DNA from: Lingula anatina
Taxonomy: Eukaryota; Animalia; Brachiopoda
Length of the DNA stretch: 64,000 bases
Reading direction: 5' to 3'
Assembly: GCA_051362555.1 (NCBI GenBank)
Contig: CM120648.1
Coordinates: forward strand, 8,800,587-8,864,586
Shown here: positions 62,701 to 64,000 of the stretch, piece after piece
How the letters are laid out: each line of letters starts with the position of its first letter
Position numbering within the stretch: the stretch's first letter is position 1
The notes under the pieces: model-generated
Seen by the model: only the letters and a program-made list of their open reading frames with translations
The model's database searches: none
Told to the model about the DNA's origin: nothing
Position numbers and translations under genes: made by a program

Positions 62701-63259
62701 AAGGCAATCAACACTCCCTGTCTTAGCAAAATGAAAAGTATGCAGCAATATTGCTGCAAACTTTAGGCAACAAGTTTGCAAAAAAATTGAATATGCTGCA
62801 AATTTGCTGCTAAATTGCAAAAAGGAATTGCAGTTTGAAGCAAAATTGTGGCAAATCTGCAGCAAATTTGCGGAAGGCCTGACATTTTGCTAATATATAC
62901 AATTACATGAATGGTCTAGTATAAAGCAACTGGGGATAAGTGTAAGTCAGTTATAAACCATTATGCCTCCAATTACAATACAATTCAAACAAAGTCTTCA
63001 ATACCAGACCTTTTCCCTTTTCACCTAACTTTATTTGTTCTCTCTTTTTCTTCTATCTGAATTCAAAAGGCTGTCTTCAATATCACTCATTTTTTTCTCT
63101 TTCTGTTCAGCAATCTAAATTAAAAACGCTGTCTTAAAAGCCATACTTACGGCAGTGGCCATCATGTGACTTGTTCACCTTAACCGTTCTTTTCAGCTCA
63201 CAGTTTTCTTTTTCAAGCTTGCAAAGATTAGGGTATGTAATGCCATTGCTTCCACAGAC
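23612..63259 (-). CDS. AGRN: Agrin (heparan sulfate proteoglycan), 3' part; 5' exons lie right of the window
   Basis: 24 constitutive GT-AG exons join in one frame: Kazal repeats, SGSGSG GAG site, lustrin-type and CCPDG modules, two laminin-EGF, Kazal, S/T region, EB-like, LG1-EGF-EGF-LG2-EGF-LG3, stop TAG at 23614-23612. Confidence 0.95.
24039..24142 (-). CDS. AGRN: Agrin LG3 exon ([11 protein letters not shown]...[13 protein letters not shown])
   Basis: Agrin LG3 signature GATQLDTDG; phases 2/1. Confidence 0.93.
24902..25141 (-). CDS. AGRN: Agrin LG3 exon after the Z site ([21 protein letters not shown]...[11 protein letters not shown])
   Basis: LamG motifs; phases 2/2. Confidence 0.93.
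26943..27008 (-). CDS. AGRN: Candidate agrin Z-site cassette exon, 66 nt ([21 protein letters not shown])
   Basis: tttatccag acceptor, CAG|GTAAAC donor, multiple of 3, open only in the required phase 2. Confidence 0.6.
28011..28046 (-). CDS. AGRN: Candidate agrin Z-site microexon, 36 nt ([11 protein letters not shown])
   Basis: CTAAC branch point, ttctgcag acceptor, GTATGT donor, phase 2/2, open. Confidence 0.65.
28226..28240 (-). CDS. AGRN: Candidate agrin Z-site microexon, 15 nt (N-VIYS-T)
   Basis: ctttttgtgattag acceptor, GTAGGT donor, phase 2/2, open. Confidence 0.55.
28615..28686. repeat. (GA)36 microsatellite, read as (UC)n on the agrin pre-mRNA
   Basis: Direct reading. Confidence 0.95.
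28877..28955 (-). CDS. AGRN: Agrin exon at LG3 start, before the Z site ([25 protein letters not shown])
   Basis: Matches the vertebrate AFDGRTFVEYLNAV region; phases 1/2. Confidence 0.92.
29252..29438 (-). CDS. AGRN: Agrin LG2 end plus EGF
   Basis: LYINGRMYD...[14 protein letters not shown]...[14 protein letters not shown]; phases 0/1. Confidence 0.92.
29709..29825 (-). CDS. AGRN: Agrin LG2 exon after the Y site ([16 protein letters not shown]...)
   Basis: LamG LNL..PLYIGG motif; phases 0/0. Confidence 0.92.
30127..30241 (-). CDS. AGRN: Agrin LG2 exon ([13 protein letters not shown]...SGQSK)
   Basis: Phases 2/0. Confidence 0.92.
30621..30738 (-). CDS. AGRN: Agrin LG2 exon ([20 protein letters not shown]...FDLGGG)
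   Basis: GKGDFISL agrin motif; phases 1/2. Confidence 0.93.
31049..31186 (-). CDS. AGRN: Agrin LG2 start ([11 protein letters not shown]...FEVWFLP)
   Basis: Phases 1/1. Confidence 0.9.
31554..31688 (-). CDS. AGRN: Agrin EGF exon ([14 protein letters not shown]...[13 protein letters not shown])
   Basis: EGF Cys pattern; phases 1/1. Confidence 0.92.
32219..32326 (-). CDS. AGRN: Agrin EGF exon ([18 protein letters not shown]...CVCRPGFK)
   Basis: EGF Cys pattern; phases 1/1. Confidence 0.92.
32935..33083 (-). CDS. AGRN: Agrin LG1 C-terminal exon ([11 protein letters not shown]...)
   Basis: Phases 2/1. Confidence 0.88.
33324..33536 (-). CDS. AGRN: Agrin LG1 exon ([12 protein letters not shown]...[11 protein letters not shown])
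   Basis: LamG motifs; phases 2/2. Confidence 0.93.
33791..33998 (-). CDS. AGRN: Agrin LG1 first exon ([12 protein letters not shown]...[17 protein letters not shown])
   Basis: LamG motifs; phases 1/2. Confidence 0.93.
34336..34458 (-). CDS. AGRN: Agrin EB-module/EGF-like exon ([30 protein letters not shown]...C)
   Basis: 6-Cys EB-like pattern; phases 1/1. Confidence 0.88.
35511..35771. mobile_element. CpG-rich double-hairpin element, Crypton-like non-autonomous repeat
   Basis: Inverted repeat 35511-35544 / 35593-35626 around a GCCAAAGGCGAG centre, plus TTAAACCACGGC / GCCGTGGTTTAA (35630-35641 / 35760-35771); no TSD seen. Confidence 0.5.
36897..36926 (-). CDS. AGRN: Candidate agrin microexon, 30 nt ([10 protein letters not shown]), with an internal in-frame acceptor giving 15 nt
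   Basis: ttgcattgtag acceptor, CG|GTATGT donor, phase 1/1, open; second acceptor ttcattgtcag at 36912. Confidence 0.5.
37799..37936 (-). CDS. AGRN: Agrin Ser/Thr/Pro-rich exon ([24 protein letters not shown]...)
   Basis: Phases 1/1, open, GTAAGT donor. Confidence 0.85.
38268..38427. mobile_element. Diverged copy of the ~167-bp CAGGGGCGGAT hAT-like MITE
   Basis: Colinear with the 48172 and 54696 copies. Confidence 0.7.
38504..38716 (-). CDS. AGRN: Agrin Kazal exon after the laminin-EGF pair
   Basis: [12 protein letters not shown]...[20 protein letters not shown]; phases 1/1. Confidence 0.93.
39199..39360 (-). CDS. AGRN: Agrin laminin-EGF 2
   Basis: [23 protein letters not shown]...[10 protein letters not shown]; phases 1/1. 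Confidence 0.93.
39787..39951 (-). CDS. AGRN: Agrin laminin-EGF 1
   Basis: CECNPFGS...[32 protein letters not shown]; phases 1/1. Confidence 0.95.
40242..40456 (+). mobile_element. PIF/Harbinger-like MITE, copy 3
   Basis: GACCCCATTTCCAGAG ... CTCTGGGAATACAGCC, TSD TAA. Confidence 0.85.
42106..42198 (-). CDS. AGRN: Agrin CCPDG module exon ([25 protein letters not shown])
   Basis: Conserved YGCC...G.GCP linker before the laminin-EGF pair; phases 1/1. Confidence 0.92.
42976..43134 (-). CDS. AGRN: Agrin lustrin/WR1-type Cys module exon ([18 protein letters not shown]...CPANSYCH...AKCC)
   Basis: C-x-G-x-x-P...C...CP...C...CC pattern; phases 1/1. Confidence 0.88.
43411..43508 (-). CDS. AGRN: Agrin Kazal second half ([22 protein letters not shown])
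   Basis: Phases 2/1. Confidence 0.88.
43930..44038 (-). CDS. AGRN: Agrin follistatin/Kazal first half ([17 protein letters not shown]...CVCKTDCP)
   Basis: Phases 1/2; completes the DELSGSGSGE glycosaminoglycan site. Confidence 0.9.
45333..45545 (-). CDS. AGRN: Agrin Kazal exon ([13 protein letters not shown]...[16 protein letters not shown]...CDELSGS)
   Basis: Kazal motif; phases 1/1. Confidence 0.93.
47707..47873. mobile_element. hAT-like MITE (167 bp) with 5-bp TSD ACTAT
   Basis: CAGGGGCAGAT...ATCCGCCCCTG; ACTAT at 47702-47706 and 47874-47878. Confidence 0.85.
48172..48339. mobile_element. Same hAT-like MITE family, opposite orientation, 5-bp TSD ATATT
   Basis: Reverse-complement homologue of the 47707 copy; ATATT at 48167-48171 and 48340-48344. 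Confidence 0.85.
50312..50412. mobile_element. Palindromic MITE with CCC...GGG ends and 2-bp TSD (EnSpm/CACTA-like)
   Basis: CCCTTACGAAAAAGTCCTATAGG ... CCTATAGGACTTTTTCGTAAGGG, internal ATCCTATAGG repeats, CA on both flanks. Confidence 0.75.
51640..51783 (-). CDS. AGRN: Candidate agrin cassette exon, 144 nt, Ser/Thr-rich ([23 protein letters not shown]...WRLLEK)
   Basis: Long pyrimidine tract plus CAG acceptor, GTAATA donor, phase 1/1, open. Confidence 0.55.
52388..52628. mobile_element. MITE with ~75-bp terminal inverted repeats
   Basis: GGACCATTCAGATC...CTACATGAAAGGAAG mirrored by CTTCCTTTCATGTAG...GATCTGGATGGTCC; superfamily unclear. Confidence 0.7.
54696..54863. mobile_element. hAT-like MITE, same orientation as the 48172 copy
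   Basis: CAGAGGCGGAT...ATCCGCCCCTG; flanks TTTTT/TTATT. Confidence 0.8.
56066..56180 (-). CDS. AGRN: Agrin Kazal second half ([24 protein letters not shown]...GAC)
   Basis: Phases 0/1. Confidence 0.93.
56600..56697 (-). CDS. AGRN: Agrin follistatin/Kazal first half ([14 protein letters not shown]...[11 protein letters not shown])
   Basis: Phases 1/0. Confidence 0.9.
58012..58077 (-). CDS. AGRN: Candidate agrin cassette exon, 66 nt ([21 protein letters not shown])
   Basis: ggttttatag acceptor, AG|GTATTT donor, phase 1/1, open. Confidence 0.5.
59570..59784 (-). mobile_element. PIF/Harbinger-like MITE, copy 4 (inverted)
   Basis: Close reverse-complement match to copy 3; TSD TAA. Confidence 0.85.
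63151..63259 (-). CDS. AGRN: Agrin Kazal second half ([20 protein letters not shown]...DGHC)
   Basis: Kazal motif; phases 0/1, GTAAGT donor. Confidence 0.9.
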
Positions 63260-64000
63260 CTGAAGTGAAAAAGAAAACAAAAAACAATCAATATTTCATA
63301 ATTTCTTTTTACTTCATCATGTCATTTTACAGGCATGCCCAATTTCATAATTTCTTTTTACTTCATCATGTCATTTTACAGGCATGCCCAGTCTCTTTTT
63401 GTATTTTCAAACAAATTAAGTTTTTATGGTACATGCTATCACTTTCAGATTGCTCATCATTTATTTGTCAAAGTTTAATTTAGGTAAATTAAAAACAGTT
63501 TCTGCTAAAATGGTTCCTGACATTTTTATTTGGACTGAAATATTATGTCTATGTTCATGCCTACAAAAAAGGAGCCAGATTCATAACCATGTTTGTACCA
63601 TAAAGGATGGAAGAGGGCCAGGCTGCAGAGAGTACGGAGGCCATTTGGTTCTTTTGTACGGATAAAGATCTGGGCACCTTGGGAAAATATGCGTGAACAT
63701 AGTACTCTTGAACTCTTTTGCAGCTAGAAGAATCACCTTTGGGTGAAAGCACTTAGATCAAATGGACCACACCTGACTCAAACTCCATAGCATTAAATAT
63801 TGATGGAAGAACTCACTTGAGGCTGTAATTATTATCAAGAAAAGTGAATACATCGTACGCGCTATACAAGGAATGTGCGTTGTCATGCTTTAGTGAATGT
63901 CACTGACCAGTCTTAATTGAAAAGAAATCTCGCAGGATTTTAACTTCCAGAAACATCAACATGCAAATACTGTATATTGTTCAAACTTTCTTAAAATAAA

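Noticed and set aside
62716-62893. TGCAGCAAA-rich segment with partial inverted ends (TTAGCAAAATG/CATTTTGCTAA)
   Set aside because: Probably an eroded MITE, but the right terminus and TSD are missing, so no firm call

Overview
AT-rich, intron-rich animal genomic DNA from an invertebrate bilaterian (lophotrochozoan/mollusc-like; the taxon cannot be fixed from this window). Gene models were built by hand from splice signals, codon phase and protein motifs. Left to right: (1) the 5' end of a G-protein beta subunit gene (minus strand; first coding exon MSELEQLRQEAEQLKNQIR); (2) a divergently transcribed six-coding-exon ANKRD49-like gene carrying an extra N-terminal STI1/DP (Hip-like) domain; (3) a TATA/Inr-driven secreted protein of five near-identical 8-Cys modules joined by SPPPP-type linkers; (4) a tandem tRNA-Gly(CCC) array with decayed copies; (5) the 3' ~40 kb of agrin on the minus strand (Kazal, lustrin-type, laminin-EGF, EB-like, LG1-EGF-EGF-LG2-EGF-LG3). 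Short non-autonomous DNA transposons with readable TSDs are common. Main discovery candidate: frame-preserving cassette exons of 15, 36 and 66 nt in the intron at the agrin LG3 'Z' position. The 15-nt exon creates an N-V-I (NxI, LRP4-binding-type) motif and the 36-nt exon resembles vertebrate z11. Further candidate microexons sit at positions comparable to the X and Y sites. None of the cassette exons is transcript-verified.
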